A stretch of DNA of 47,454 bases. It comes from an uncultured delta proteobacterium. Its GTDB lineage: Bacteria > Myxococcota > Myxococcia > Myxococcales > Myxococcaceae. The notes below the pieces were generated by a model. That model was not told the origin of the DNA and made no database searches. It saw only the letters and a list, made by a program, of their open reading frames with translations. This document shows, piece by piece, positions 8,985 through 18,846 of the stretch. A program made the position numbers and the translations under genes. Numbering within the stretch: position 1 is the first letter of the stretch; each line of letters starts with the position of its first letter. The stretch spans positions 1-47,454 of the forward strand of contig CAVZMH010000008.1 of NCBI GenBank assembly GCA_963776345.1. Direction: 5' to 3'.

Positions 8985-11143
8985 AAGGTCATCGCCAGCC
9001 GCCGCACTTCGGAGGCGCCGTAGAACGCCTGGTAGAGGTAGTCATCGGCGACCACCTGCTTCACGTAGGCGCGGGTCTCCTTGAAGGGCATCGACTCGAC
9101 GAAGAGGTCGACCGGCATCGCGCCGAGCTCGTTGGTCCACTTCACCGCCGCCCCGGGGCCGGCGTTGTAGGCGGCGGCGATCAGGGCCGGGTGCACGAAG
9201 CGCTTCGCCAGCTGGCCCACGTACCAGGCCGACAGGTCCAGGTTCAGCTCGGGCCGGTACAGCTCGTCAGGCTCGGGCGGGTCGCGCTGGAGCTCCCGGG
9301 CGATCGCGCTCGCCGTCCGCGCCATCAGCTGCATCAGCCCCCGCGCCCGCGCGGCGCTCAGCCGGTCCGGCTGGAACGCGCTCTCGCGGCGCATGATCGC
9401 GTAGAGCAGCGAGGCGTGGACTCCCTGCGCCCGCGCCGTCTCCTCCACGTGGCTGACGTACGGGCGCGGATAGAGCAGGGCGAGCGCCGCCGGGTCCTTC
9501 TGCCCGTACGCCTTCCCCCACAGCAGCCGGTTCGCCAGGTTGTACGCCGCCCAGGACTCGCCCACCCGCGCCAGCGCCGTCCCCACCCGGAGCGCCGCCT
9601 CGGGCGTGTGCACCGCGCCGAGGCGCGCCCGCAGCTCCTCCGCCGACTCGCGCCACAGCCCCGCGCTGGCCAGCGCCCGCGGCAGCGCCAGCTCCGGCGC
9701 CGCGATGGCCTTCGACGAGAGCCGTGGCCGCTCGGTGAAGATGGCCTCGGGCTTCGCGCCCAGCTCGCGCAGCCGCTCCTGAGCCAGCAGGCCGTAGAAG
9801 GTTTGCGGGTAGAGCTTCAGGATGTCCTGGTACTCGTCCACGGGCTTTCCGCCCGCGAGCTGCTTCACCCGAACCCGCCAGTACTTGGCCTGGGGAACCA
9901 GCCCGCTCCGCGGGTAGCGCTCCTGGAGCTCCCGGAGCGCCCGGTCCGCCTCGGCCCAGCCCGAGTTGCGGATCTGCGCCAGCGCCCGGAACCAGCAGGC
10001 CTCGTCGCGGCGCCGTGACTCGGGGTGCCGCTTCTCGAAGCTCTCCAGCGCGTCCGCCGCCGCCTGCAGCCGCCCCTCCTGGAGCGCGAGCCAGCCGAGG
10101 AAGTAGTCCGCCTCCTCCGAGGCGGGCTCCCCCGCGAACCGCCGGGAGATTTCTTGTAGCCGCTCGATCGCCTTGGCGTGCTCGTCGAGCTTCAGCAGGC
10201 GCCGGGCCCGGACCAGCATCGCCTCCGCCGCGGTCGCCGGCGGCCCGCCCGCGGCCACCGCCAGCGCCTCCTCGCCGTCCGCGGGCCGGTTGAGCGCGAA
10301 GAAGGCCTGGGCGCGGAGGAGCGCCACCTCGGCGTGACCGGCGGCATCGCTCACCAGCCGGTTCACCTCGCTCCGGTCGAGCTCGGCCAGCGCCTTCTTC
10401 GCGTCGCCGGCGTCGAGGAAGATCCGGGTGCGCTGGAGCCGCTCGTCCAGGGTGAGCGCCACCGCCAGGGCCGAGCTGCCCCGGAGCTCGGCGTCCGCGT
10501 CCAGCGCGGCCTGCGAGCGGGGATAGCGCACCATCAGCGTGTGCAGGTCCGCCTGGGCGCCGAGCAGGTCTCCCAGGGCCGCCCGGGCCTCCGAGCGCCC
10601 CGCGAGCAGCTCGGGGCCTCCCAGCGCCCCCAGCGCCCGCTCGAGCAGCGGGAGCGCCTGGCCCGGCTCCCCGGCGCGGAGCAGCGACTCCCCGGCCCTT
10701 GCGATCGCACGGTTCGCGACCACCCCCGGCGCCCCCGTCGCCTCCGAGAAGGACTGTGCAGCCGCCCTGAAATCGCGGGTGTAGAAGAGCGCCTGCCCGA
10801 TGGCGAAGCTCCGGTAGGGCGCCAGCAGCGGCGACGCGGGGTGCTTCCGGAGCTGGACCAGCGCTTCCCGCGGCTCGCCCCGACTCAGGAGCAGCGAGCC
10901 CGCCAGGAGCGAGAGCTGGGGCGCCTGGGCGCAGCCCTTCCTCGCGCACGCGGCGAGCTCCGCCTGGGCCATCTCCAGCGCCGAGGCCCGCTGCAGCCGG
11001 GTGGCCTCGAGGAGCCGCTCCGACTGCCCGCGGGCAGCCGTCCAGGGCAGGCTGATCGAAAGGACAAGGCACCGCCCGGCATGAAGGAGCCGGCGGGCAC
11101 GCCCGCGCGGGCGCGTCCGGGGACCAGCAGAGGCGGGCACCAT
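8951..11143 (-). CDS. Soluble lytic transglycosylase (Slt70-like, TPR repeats plus SLT domain)
   Basis: AIMRRESAF (catalytic Glu), ARGLMQLM, AAYNAGP, FKETRAYVKQV; start uncertain. Confidence 0.9.
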   Translation of the reverse strand: MVPASAGPRTRPRGRARRLLHAGRCLVLSISLPWTAARGQSERLLEATRLQRASALEMAQAELAACARKGCAQAPQLSLLAGSLLLSRGEPREALVQLRKHPASPLLAPYRSFAIGQALFYTRDFRAAAQSFSEATGAPGVVANRAIARAGESLLRAGEPGQALPLLERALGALGGPELLAGRSEARAALGDLLGAQADLHTLMVRYPRSQAALDADAELRGSSALAVALTLDERLQRTRIFLDAGDAKKALAELDRSEVNRLVSDAAGHAEVALLRAQAFFALNRPADGEEALAVAAGGPPATAAEAMLVRARRLLKLDEHAKAIERLQEISRRFAGEPASEEADYFLGWLALQEGRLQAAADALESFEKRHPESRRRDEACWFRALAQIRNSGWAEADRALRELQERYPRSGLVPQAKYWRVRVKQLAGGKPVDEYQDILKLYPQTFYGLLAQERLRELGAKPEAIFTERPRLSSKAIAAPELALPRALASAGLWRESAEELRARLGAVHTPEAALRVGTALARVGESWAAYNLANRLLWGKAYGQKDPAALALLYPRPYVSHVEETARAQGVHASLLYAIMRRESAFQPDRLSAARARGLMQLMARTASAIARELQRDPPEPDELYRPELNLDLSAWYVGQLAKRFVHPALIAAAYNAGPGAAVKWTNELGAMPVDLFVESMPFKETRAYVKQVVADDYLYQAFYGASEVRRLAMTLPKPAANGIEF

Positions 11144-11251
11144 GAGGTCGGCGTGGATGCTCTCACGCCCCGCCGACTCTTGTCCCCCCGTGGGATCGCG
11201 GGATTGCGAGGTTGGCGCGGGGTGAGGTGCGTGCACCGCGCCGACCCTGGT

Positions 11252-11281
11252 TTGACATCGGAATGTGGCACCGCTTAAACC
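11252..11281 (+). promoter_or_regulatory. Candidate sigma70 promoter for the small Cys-rich gene
   Basis: Perfect TTGACA at 11252-11257 and AT-rich TTAAAC/TAAACC 17-18 nt downstream, in very GC-rich DNA. Confidence 0.45.
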
Positions 11282-11401
11282 ACCGCGGACTCCGGGTGCG
11301 GCCCGGAGGGGCGAGGGGAAGATTTCCACCACCGGTCAGCTCAGTTCGCGTCCAGCACGCCCCCTCCAGGCCCATCTCGACGTCTTCGCGGAGACTCGCC
11401 G

Positions 11402-11635
11402 ATGAAACCGTGCCCGACCGATCTGCCTCAGACGATCAACCCGGAGGCAGGACCCAAGCGAGCTGGCGTCGAGGTCCACCGCAACCTGAACTGCGCCCAC
11501 TACGACCACTGCCTGGACGAGGCGGTGCGACGAGGCTGGCAGAGCTTCACCTGCGTGAAGTGCCCGCTCTACGCCACGGTGGCCGCGCCTGCGCTCGGCA
11601 TCGAGGCGTACGCGACGCAGCGCCGCGCCATCTAG
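11402..11635 (+). CDS. Small Cys-rich hypothetical protein (77 aa), probable metal or Fe-S binder
   Basis: GGAG RBS; HRNLNCAHYDHCLDEAVRRGWQSFTCVKC; host-like codon usage; fills the gap between the slt and CAP genes. Confidence 0.8.
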   Translation: MKPCPTDLPQTINPEAGPKRAGVEVHRNLNCAHYDHCLDEAVRRGWQSFTCVKCPLYATVAAPALGIEAYATQRRAI

Positions 11636-11717
11636 CGCCCGGGCGAGAGCCCCTGGCTCAGGCCCCCGCGCCAGGGGGACGCCTGTGGAGCCGCGCAGAG
11701 GCGCGGCGCCTCCATGC

Positions 11718-13232
11718 TCAGAGCCCGGCGTAGATGACCACCACCCAGTAGCGCCCCTTCCCGTAGGTGGGCGAGTCCCCGCGCACCGCGCCGATGCCCA
11801 CCAGGGAGTAGCGCGGCTCCCGCAGCCCCCGGGACGGCGGCAGCGCCGAGAGGTCACGGGCCACGTAGAGGTCCGCCGAGGCGGTCCGCGCCTCCGAGAG
11901 CACGCCGAAGACCTGGCGGTCGATGTCCGGCGCCCGCGGGTCGTCACGGGCGAGCGCGGCCCGGGCCTGTCGGGTGGCGATGTCCTCCAGCGCGGCGTTC
12001 CGCTGCAGGGCAGGGAGCTTCAGCGCGGCGCGCTCGGCGGTGAGCCGAGCGTAGGCCCCGGCCACCGGATCCGCGCCGGCCTTGGCCGGAGTCGCCAGCA
12101 GCTCGACCAGCAGCACCTCCGAGCCGCCGTCGCCAGGCTGCCGCGCCAGCCCGAATCCCACCCGCTCGAAGGCCGGGTCGAGCAGGTTCTTGCGGTGCCC
12201 GGGACTCTCCTCGATGGCGGCGTGGGCCGCCAGCGGCCCGGAGGCCATCCCCAGGTTCTCGCCCGACGTCTGGTAGGCGTAGCCCGCCTGCTCCAGCCGG
12301 TCCGGGAGCGCGTCCCCGTCGGGCGACACGTGGGCGAAGAAGTGCTGGCTCGCCATCCGTTCGGCGTAGGCCTGGGCGACGGCGCCGAGCCGGGCGTCGG
12401 CCTGCACGGCGGGGACGCCCGCGCCGCTCCGGAGCGCATTCACCCGGGCCAGGAGCCGCGCCCGTGCCTCCTCGGGCGAGGCGGGCTCGGGACCTCCGAG
12501 CACGGGCGGCGGAGGAGCGGCCGCGACCACGGGCCCCACCTCCACCGAGAACATCGCCGCGACCTCGGGTCCCTCGGCCCCCTCCCCGAGCACCTCCAGG
12601 GCGTGGCGGCCGTTGACCTGGAAGGCGACCGGCGCGCAGTAGCTTCCGTTGCGCCCGGAGACGTCCGACAGCCGATCCACCCCGCCCGAGGGCCGGGTGA
12701 CGAAAAGCGAGGGGCGGCCGAGCGGCGCCCGGAGCTCGAAGCAGAGCCGGTGGCGCGACGGCGCCCTCTCCACCCTGCGCGGGAACGGCTGGACCACGGC
12801 CTTCCGGTCGGCGAGCAGGAGCGCGAGCACGGTGTGGTCGTCGTCCGCCACCAGCGCGATCCCAAGGTGCGAGGCGGCCTCGGCGGCGAAATCGGTCCGC
12901 TGGAGGAACGCCTTGAGCGTGGTGTCGGTGGGCCAGCTCCGGATGAGCACCAGCCGGGGATTGGGGTCCCATCCGCCGGCCTCGGAGACGGCCATGCCGA
13001 TGCGCGTCCCGCTCGCCGCCTCGGCGGTGGCGACCAGGGCCTCCCGGGCGAGCATCCGCGCGGCCTGGGTGAGCGCGGGGTCGCTCACCGGCGACGACCG
13101 GCCGATGCGCTCGAAGGCTTGCCGCACGTGGAGCATCGCCTTGGCCTCGGCGTCGGCGAGCTCCGACATGGCCGGGGGCGCCACCGCCGGACCGGGGGCG
13201 GCGAGGAGGATGAGGGAGAGCAGCAGTCTCAC
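11718..13232 (-). CDS. Secreted CAP/SCP-domain protein
   Basis: GTG start overlapping the DUF721 stop; signal peptide; VNALRS...FFAHVSPDG...GENLG...SPGHRKNLLDP..RVGFG. Confidence 0.85.
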   Translation of the reverse strand: MRLLLSLILLAAPGPAVAPPAMSELADAEAKAMLHVRQAFERIGRSSPVSDPALTQAARMLAREALVATAEAASGTRIGMAVSEAGGWDPNPRLVLIRSWPTDTTLKAFLQRTDFAAEAASHLGIALVADDDHTVLALLLADRKAVVQPFPRRVERAPSRHRLCFELRAPLGRPSLFVTRPSGGVDRLSDVSGRNGSYCAPVAFQVNGRHALEVLGEGAEGPEVAAMFSVEVGPVVAAAPPPPVLGGPEPASPEEARARLLARVNALRSGAGVPAVQADARLGAVAQAYAERMASQHFFAHVSPDGDALPDRLEQAGYAYQTSGENLGMASGPLAAHAAIEESPGHRKNLLDPAFERVGFGLARQPGDGGSEVLLVELLATPAKAGADPVAGAYARLTAERAALKLPALQRNAALEDIATRQARAALARDDPRAPDIDRQVFGVLSEARTASADLYVARDLSALPPSRGLREPRYSLVGIGAVRGDSPTYGKGRYWVVVIYAGL

Positions 13233-13531
13233 GGCAAAGGGGCGAGGTGGAACTCGATGCGCCGGACCGGGGCACTGGCCACGACGGCGTTCCAGCGCTC
13301 GCGGAGGACGGCCTCCTGCGCCTGGAGCGTGGCCCGCCAGGTGGCACCGCGCACGTCCACGCGAAGCACCCCGTCGACCAGCTCCAGCGGCCGGCTCTGG
13401 GCGCCGATGACCGCGCCCTGGACGCGAGGCCACAAGGCGCCGAGAGCGGCCGATCCCTGGCCGTCACGCCCCAGTCGGCCGAGGACGTCGGGAAGCAACG
13501 CCGCGAGGGGAGTCGGTTCTCGGGAGGCCAC
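13229..13531 (-). CDS. DUF721/DciA-family protein
   Basis: LWPRVQGAVIGAQSRPLELVDGVLRVDV..ATWRATL...VRRIEF pattern; 100 aa. Confidence 0.75.
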   Translation of the reverse strand: MASREPTPLAALLPDVLGRLGRDGQGSAALGALWPRVQGAVIGAQSRPLELVDGVLRVDVRGATWRATLQAQEAVLRERWNAVVASAPVRRIEFHLAPLP

Positions 13532-13542
13532 GGCCCAGGAGG

Positions 13543-14922
13543 TTAGCCGAGGAAGACGCCGCCGCGCGCCCCGAGCAGCTCGCGCAGCATGTGCTCGATG
13601 GTGTTCCGGGTTGCCTCGACCATCGACTCGACCACCGAGAGGTCGGTCTCCCTGGCGCCGGGCGGCACGGCGATGGGCTCACCGATGCGGATCCGCCACT
13701 TGGCCGGAAGCGGCAGCGGCCCGAGCGGCGTGACCGGGACGTACGGGACGCCGAGCAACCCGCCGGGGAGCTTCCCCAGGAGCGGCAGCGTCTCCTCGGC
13801 GCCCATGATCGCCACCGGGAGGATCGGCCGGCCGGTCCGGAGCGCCAGCTTCACGAAGCCCCCGCGGCCGAAGCGCTGCAGGCGGTACCGGTCCCTGAAC
13901 GGCTTTCCGATGCCCTGGATGCCCTCGGGGAAGATGAGAACCGGCCGGCCCTCGGCGAGCAGGCGGGTGGCGCTGTCCGGCGAGGCGCGCACCGCCCCGA
14001 GCCGGTTGAACAGCGTGCCGAGCAGCGGCGCATAGAAGACCTGATCCTCCGCCAGCCAGCGCGCCTCGGGGAGGTCGGAGCGCTCCCGGCGGAGCGCCTC
14101 GTGGAGCATCGGCCCGTCGAGAGGCAGCGCGCCGGCGTGGTTGGCGACCAGCAGCGCGCCCCCGGTGGGGACATGGCCCGCTCCTTCCACCTCCACCCGG
14201 AACCAGCGGCTGTAGAGGAAGTCGACCAGCGGGGCCACCGCCTCGCTCAGGCGCGCGTCGCGGCCATACACGTCGAGCTGCTCACCACCGGCCGTCCCGA
14301 GTCCGGCGCGGATGGCCCGCACGGCGGCCTCGAGCGCGGACCAGGCCTCGGCGAGGAGGCCCGGCGCCTCCCGGAGTGCCTCGACCAGGGAGACCGAGTG
14401 GGTCGCGGCGGAGGAGCCCGGGGACTCGACGCCGCGGTCGGGCTCACGCGGGGGCGCCTCGGCCGTCGGTGCGGGGGTCGCCGGCAAGGGAGTCCAGGTG
14501 AGCGTCGGAGCCCCTGGGCCGGGCGGGGGCTCAGGGTGCGCGGCCGGGGGGCCCGACACCGCGAGCGGTGGGCCGGGGAGCGGTTCAGCGACCGGCGGAG
14601 CTGTGTCGCGCGCCTTCCGCGGCTCGGCCGGCGGCGGTGCCTTCGGGGACCGTGCGGTGGCGGGGGGGGCTGCGGCCGAGGCCCTCGCCGGCGGGCGCTT
14701 CTTCGACGGGCCACCGGCCTGCTCCGCCGGCGCCGAGGCAGGCGGCGGGGGCTTCCCGGCAGCGCCTGGTGCTGGCTCGCTCGGTGCCGGCTGGGGCCCG
14801 GCCCGCCCCCGAGCTTCCTCCGCGGCGGCGTCGGGCTTGCCGGGCGCACGGGTCGTGGCCGGCGTCCGCTCCGCGGCACCGCGCTGGAAGGGGTCGTTCC
14901 CCAGGACGCGCCTGCTCCCCAT
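13543..14922 (-). CDS. PlsC-like lysophospholipid acyltransferase with long Pro/Ala-rich N-terminus
   Basis: NHAGALPLD (HX4/5D), IFPEG, RFGRGGFVKLAL, PLPLPAKWRIRIGEPI. Confidence 0.88.
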   Translation of the reverse strand: MGSRRVLGNDPFQRGAAERTPATTRAPGKPDAAAEEARGRAGPQPAPSEPAPGAAGKPPPPASAPAEQAGGPSKKRPPARASAAAPPATARSPKAPPPAEPRKARDTAPPVAEPLPGPPLAVSGPPAAHPEPPPGPGAPTLTWTPLPATPAPTAEAPPREPDRGVESPGSSAATHSVSLVEALREAPGLLAEAWSALEAAVRAIRAGLGTAGGEQLDVYGRDARLSEAVAPLVDFLYSRWFRVEVEGAGHVPTGGALLVANHAGALPLDGPMLHEALRRERSDLPEARWLAEDQVFYAPLLGTLFNRLGAVRASPDSATRLLAEGRPVLIFPEGIQGIGKPFRDRYRLQRFGRGGFVKLALRTGRPILPVAIMGAEETLPLLGKLPGGLLGVPYVPVTPLGPLPLPAKWRIRIGEPIAVPPGARETDLSVVESMVEATRNTIEHMLRELLGARGGVFLG

Positions 14923-14928
14923 CGCTCG

Positions 14929-15882
14929 TCAGCTCCTCACCGAGGCGGCGGCCTCGCGTGTCCCGAAGCGCGGCCGGAATCCGAGCATGGTCCGCGCCCG
15001 GGTCCCATCCGCCACCCAGGAGTAGTGAAGGTAGTCGAGGAGCTCGCCAGGCGTCGCAGTGATTCCGGCCGAGTTGAGGGCCCGGAGCGTCGCCCGGGCG
15101 AGGGTAGACGGCAAGGGGAGCGGCCTGGTGCCTGCGAGGCGAATCAGCGCCGACAGGGGGAGCACGTCGTCGCTGACCACGTTGAACGTCCCGCTCACTG
15201 GAGCCTCGAGCACCCGGAGCAGCAGCTCCCGCGCGTCCTCCTCGTGAACGGCCTGCCAGAGTGGATCGAAGCCGAGCAAGGTCGGCACCAGCGGCCGGCG
15301 GAAGTACCGCGTGGCCGGGTTGTCCACCGTGGGACCGAGCACCGGCGCGAAGCGGAACACGGTGAGCCCCACCCGGGGATGGTCGCGCCGGAAGCCCACC
15401 AGCTGCCGCTCCACTTCCACGCGGTCGTTCACGAAGCGACTCCCCGGACAGCCGTGGAGCGTGGCGTCCTCGTCGAGCAGCACCGGATTCCCCGGCCGAG
15501 CGCCGTAGACCACGGTGGTCGACGGAATCACCACGTGCCGCACGCCCGCCCGCACCGCCGCGGCGAGCGTGTGCAGCGTGCCGATGACCTCCAGCTCGTG
15601 GGCGAAGGCGGCGCCGCGCGTCCGGCCGTGCAGGAAGGCGAGGTGGTACAGCACGTCCACCGGGCCGGCGGAGAGGGCGCTCTCCAGCTCGGACTCCACG
15701 TCCCACCGGGTCAGGTCCAGGCGGTGGTGGACCAGCCGGGCGCCGGTCACCGGGCGTGGGCCGAAGGTGAGGAGCTGCTCGACGCGGGGCTCGGCGAGGA
15801 GCCTCGGCAGGAGCAGCGCTCCGAACTCGCTGGTCGGGCCGGTGACGGCCACCCGCAGGGAACTGCCGCGCTCTTGCCCCAT
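14929..15882 (-). CDS. NAD-dependent epimerase/dehydratase (atypical extended SDR)
   Basis: RVAVTGPTSEFG, LYHLAF, STTVVYGA, FRFAPVLG, GTFNV; canonical YxxxK replaced by FVNDR. Confidence 0.82.
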   Translation of the reverse strand: MGQERGSSLRVAVTGPTSEFGALLLPRLLAEPRVEQLLTFGPRPVTGARLVHHRLDLTRWDVESELESALSAGPVDVLYHLAFLHGRTRGAAFAHELEVIGTLHTLAAAVRAGVRHVVIPSTTVVYGARPGNPVLLDEDATLHGCPGSRFVNDRVEVERQLVGFRRDHPRVGLTVFRFAPVLGPTVDNPATRYFRRPLVPTLLGFDPLWQAVHEEDARELLLRVLEAPVSGTFNVVSDDVLPLSALIRLAGTRPLPLPSTLARATLRALNSAGITATPGELLDYLHYSWVADGTRARTMLGFRPRFGTREAAASVRS

Positions 15883-15928
15883 CCCTCGGGGTCGGTGTAG
15901 CGCGAACGGGCCACCACTTCCAGGGGCC

Positions 15929-17626
15929 ATGCCGACCATCGCCGTTCTCAGCGACGCGCTCATCGACCAGATCGCCGCCGGCGAGGTGGTGGAGCGTCCG
16001 GCGTCGGTGGTCAAGGAGCTGGGCGAGAACGCGCTCGACGCCGGCGCCCGCTCGATCCGCGTCGCCATCGAGGGCGGCGGGACCCGGCTCATCGAGGTGA
16101 CGGACGACGGGTCCGGGATGTCGCCCGAGGACGCGCTGCTCAGCGTCCGCCGGCATGCCACGAGCAAGCTCCGGACCGCCGCCGACCTCCTGGCCATCGG
16201 GACCCTGGGGTTCCGGGGCGAGGCGCTGGCGGCGATCGCCTCGGTGTCCCGGCTCGTGCTGCGCACCGCCCTCCACGGCGCGCCCGAGGGGACCGAGGTA
16301 CGCGTGGAGGGTGGGGAAAGCCTGGTCTCGCCCGCAGCGGCCCGGCCCGGGACCCAGGTCCGCGTCGAGGACCTCTTCGGCGCGGTGCCCGCCCGGCGCA
16401 AGTTCCTCCGGCGCGCCGAGACCGAGCTCAAGCACGTGGAGGACGCGGTGCTCCGCCTGGCGCTGGCGCACCCCGACGTTGCCTTCCGGCTCGAGCACGA
16501 GGGACGGACGGTGCGGGTGCTCCCTCCGAGCGCCGGAGACCTCCAGGAGCGCATCGCGGCCGCGCTCGGCCCCGAGGTCGCCCCGTTCCTCCTCCCGGTG
16601 GAGGAGCGGCGGCTCGGGCTCCGCGTCCACGGGGTCATCGCCTCGCCGGAGTTCACCCTCTCCACCGCCCGCTCGCTTTACCTCTTCGTCAACGGCCGCC
16701 ACGTGCGCGACCGCACGCTCCACTTCGCGGTGCACCGCGGGCTCGCCCCGTCGCTCCCCGCCGGCCGGCAGCCGGTGGGGGTGCTCTTCGTGGAGATCGA
16801 GCCGTCGCGCGTGGACGTCAACGTGCACCCCCAGAAGCTCGAGGTGCGCTTCGCCGACGCCGCGGAGGTGACCGAGGCGGTCCAGGCGGCGATCGCCCGG
16901 GCGGTGCTGCGAGCTTCCCTCTCGAGCGGCGCGCCGAGGCCGGCCGGGTCGTCGGTCGACTACGCGGCGGCGGTGGAGCGCTTCCTCTCCCGGGCCTCGG
17001 CGGCCCCCCTGCCGCTCCCGGAGGTCCAGGACCGTCCGGCGGCCCAGGGCGAGTCGCTGCCCGACCGGAACGCCGCGCCCGCGCCCGGGTACTTCGCCTC
17101 GCTCCGTCCCCTCGGCACCCTGCGCGCCCGGGCGCTGGTCTGCGAGGGCCCGGGCGGCTCGCTGGTGGTCATCGACCTCCACGCCGCCCGCGAGCGGGTC
17201 ATCGCCCATCGCCTCGAGCGCGAGGCCGCAGCGCCGGCCGAGGCGCCGCTGCTCGGCGCGGCGCTGGCCGTGACCCCGGCGATGGAGTCCCGCCTCGCCG
17301 CCCGGCGCGAGGCGCTTGCCGGCGTGGGCCTGGTCGTCGAGCCGTTCGGGCCGGACGCGTTCCGTCTGGTGGGCGTGCCGCCGGCGCTGGTCGGGCACCG
17401 CCCCGAGCCGCTGGTGGAGGCGGCGGTCGCCGCGCTCGAGGGTGGGCGAGGTGCGGCCGAGGTGCGCGCAGCGCTCGCCTGCGCCGCGGCGGGCGGGGGA
17501 CGCGAGCCCTCCGCCGACGAGCTCCGCCAGCTGCTCGCGGCGCTCGACGCCGCGGATCCCGCTGCGCGGGTGCGACACGGACGGGTGGTCGTGGAGGAGC
17601 GGGCAGTGCTCTCGCTGCTCACCTGA
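15929..17626 (+). CDS. mutL: DNA mismatch repair protein MutL
   Basis: IAAGEVVERPASVVKELGENALDAGA, DDGSGM, RHATSKL, LGFRGEALAAI, VDVNVHPQKLEVRF. Confidence 0.93.
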   Translation: MPTIAVLSDALIDQIAAGEVVERPASVVKELGENALDAGARSIRVAIEGGGTRLIEVTDDGSGMSPEDALLSVRRHATSKLRTAADLLAIGTLGFRGEALAAIASVSRLVLRTALHGAPEGTEVRVEGGESLVSPAAARPGTQVRVEDLFGAVPARRKFLRRAETELKHVEDAVLRLALAHPDVAFRLEHEGRTVRVLPPSAGDLQERIAAALGPEVAPFLLPVEERRLGLRVHGVIASPEFTLSTARSLYLFVNGRHVRDRTLHFAVHRGLAPSLPAGRQPVGVLFVEIEPSRVDVNVHPQKLEVRFADAAEVTEAVQAAIARAVLRASLSSGAPRPAGSSVDYAAAVERFLSRASAAPLPLPEVQDRPAAQGESLPDRNAAPAPGYFASLRPLGTLRARALVCEGPGGSLVVIDLHAARERVIAHRLEREAAAPAEAPLLGAALAVTPAMESRLAARREALAGVGLVVEPFGPDAFRLVGVPPALVGHRPEPLVEAAVAALEGGRGAAEVRAALACAAAGGGREPSADELRQLLAALDAADPAARVRHGRVVVEERAVLSLLT

Positions 17627-17735
17627 AGCTCGCTCCTCGTGCAACCAGGAGGCCCCCGACGGGAGGCGCTTGGAATGCGGGCTCCGAGGTGGTCTCTTCC
17701 GGAGCCGCTCGGATGACCGAGCATGAGAGGACACG

Positions 17736-18833
17736 TTGGGGACGGACCTGGAACGAGAGCTGGCGGAGATCCGCCGCGAGGTGATCGAGGGACGCAACCT
17801 CGTCATCCGGACCGACAACCTCCTGAAGACCCTTCACTCCGAGATGAAGGGCTTCGGGGCGCGCCAGAAGGAGTTCGAGCGTCGGCAGATGCTCTCCTCG
17901 GCGGCGGCCTACGCCCTCTTCGCGCTGCTCGCCGGAACCGCGGCGGTGCTGGCCTCGGGCGTCCGCGCCTCGGTCGCCAGCGGCGAGCGGGACAAGGCGG
18001 TGACCGAGCTCAAGACGCTCACCCAGACCCTCGAGAAGGAGCGGGCGAACCAGGCCGCCGTCGCCGCGGCCCGCCGCTCGGCGAGCGAGGCGTACCGGAT
18101 GATGATCGAGCTGCCCGGAGACCGGCGGCTGGAGGGCCTGGCCGCGCTGGCGAAGGTGGACCAGAGCAAGCTCGATCCGCTCGAGCGGCAGGCCCTGGCC
18201 GACCGGGCCACCGCGCTCCGGCACGAGCTGGGACAGACCGCGTTCGAGCGCGGCAAGGCTGCCTTTCGGCGCAACGAGTGGGCGGCGGCCACCGAGGATC
18301 TGTCGCGCTTCCTGACGATGCAGCCGTCGGAGCCGGAGCAGCTCGAGGCGTCGTTCATGCTCGGGAACGCCTTGATGCAGCAGCGCAAGTACGAGCAGGC
18401 CATCGCCCCGCTGAAGCAGTTCGTGGAGAAGGACCGCCGGAGCAAGAACCGCGAGTGGGCCATGACGCTGCTGGCCCAGGCCTACGAGCAGACCGGGAAG
18501 CCGGACCAGGCGGCCGCGGTGGCGCGCGAGGCACTGGCGATGTACCCGGCGTCCCAGTTCACCCCGATGCTCAAGGCCCGGCTGTCCGCCTCCAGGCGCG
18601 CGCTGTCCTCGGCGGAGGGCGCGGACGCCGGAGTGGCCGCCGGGCCCGCCGGAGACGCCACGCCCGCCGTCGCCGGCGCCCAGCCCACCGCCGCGGCAAC
18701 CGGAACCCGTGGCGACGGCGGAACCGCGGGCCCTCGCGCCCACCCCGCGGTGTTCAAGACGGCCGCCGAGTCGTCCGCGGGTCTCCTGCCGCCCCCAGTG
18801 GCGCCCGCGCCGGCGCGCCCCGGCCAGCCCTGA
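17736..18833 (+). CDS. Membrane-anchored coiled-coil/TPR protein (CpoB/YbgF-like C-terminus)
   Basis: N-terminal coiled coil, TM segment, TPR helices (AFERGKAAF, SFMLGNALM, MTLLAQAYE); TTG start. Confidence 0.75.
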   Translation: MGTDLERELAEIRREVIEGRNLVIRTDNLLKTLHSEMKGFGARQKEFERRQMLSSAAAYALFALLAGTAAVLASGVRASVASGERDKAVTELKTLTQTLEKERANQAAVAAARRSASEAYRMMIELPGDRRLEGLAALAKVDQSKLDPLERQALADRATALRHELGQTAFERGKAAFRRNEWAAATEDLSRFLTMQPSEPEQLEASFMLGNALMQQRKYEQAIAPLKQFVEKDRRSKNREWAMTLLAQAYEQTGKPDQAAAVAREALAMYPASQFTPMLKARLSASRRALSSAEGADAGVAAGPAGDATPAVAGAQPTAAATGTRGDGGTAGPRAHPAVFKTAAESSAGLLPPPVAPAPARPGQP

Positions 18834-18846
18834 CCCAGCAGGCCCC

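Noticed and set aside
11264..11280. Sigma54 promoter at TGGCAC
   Set aside because: The -12 TTGC element is missing (TAAA instead).
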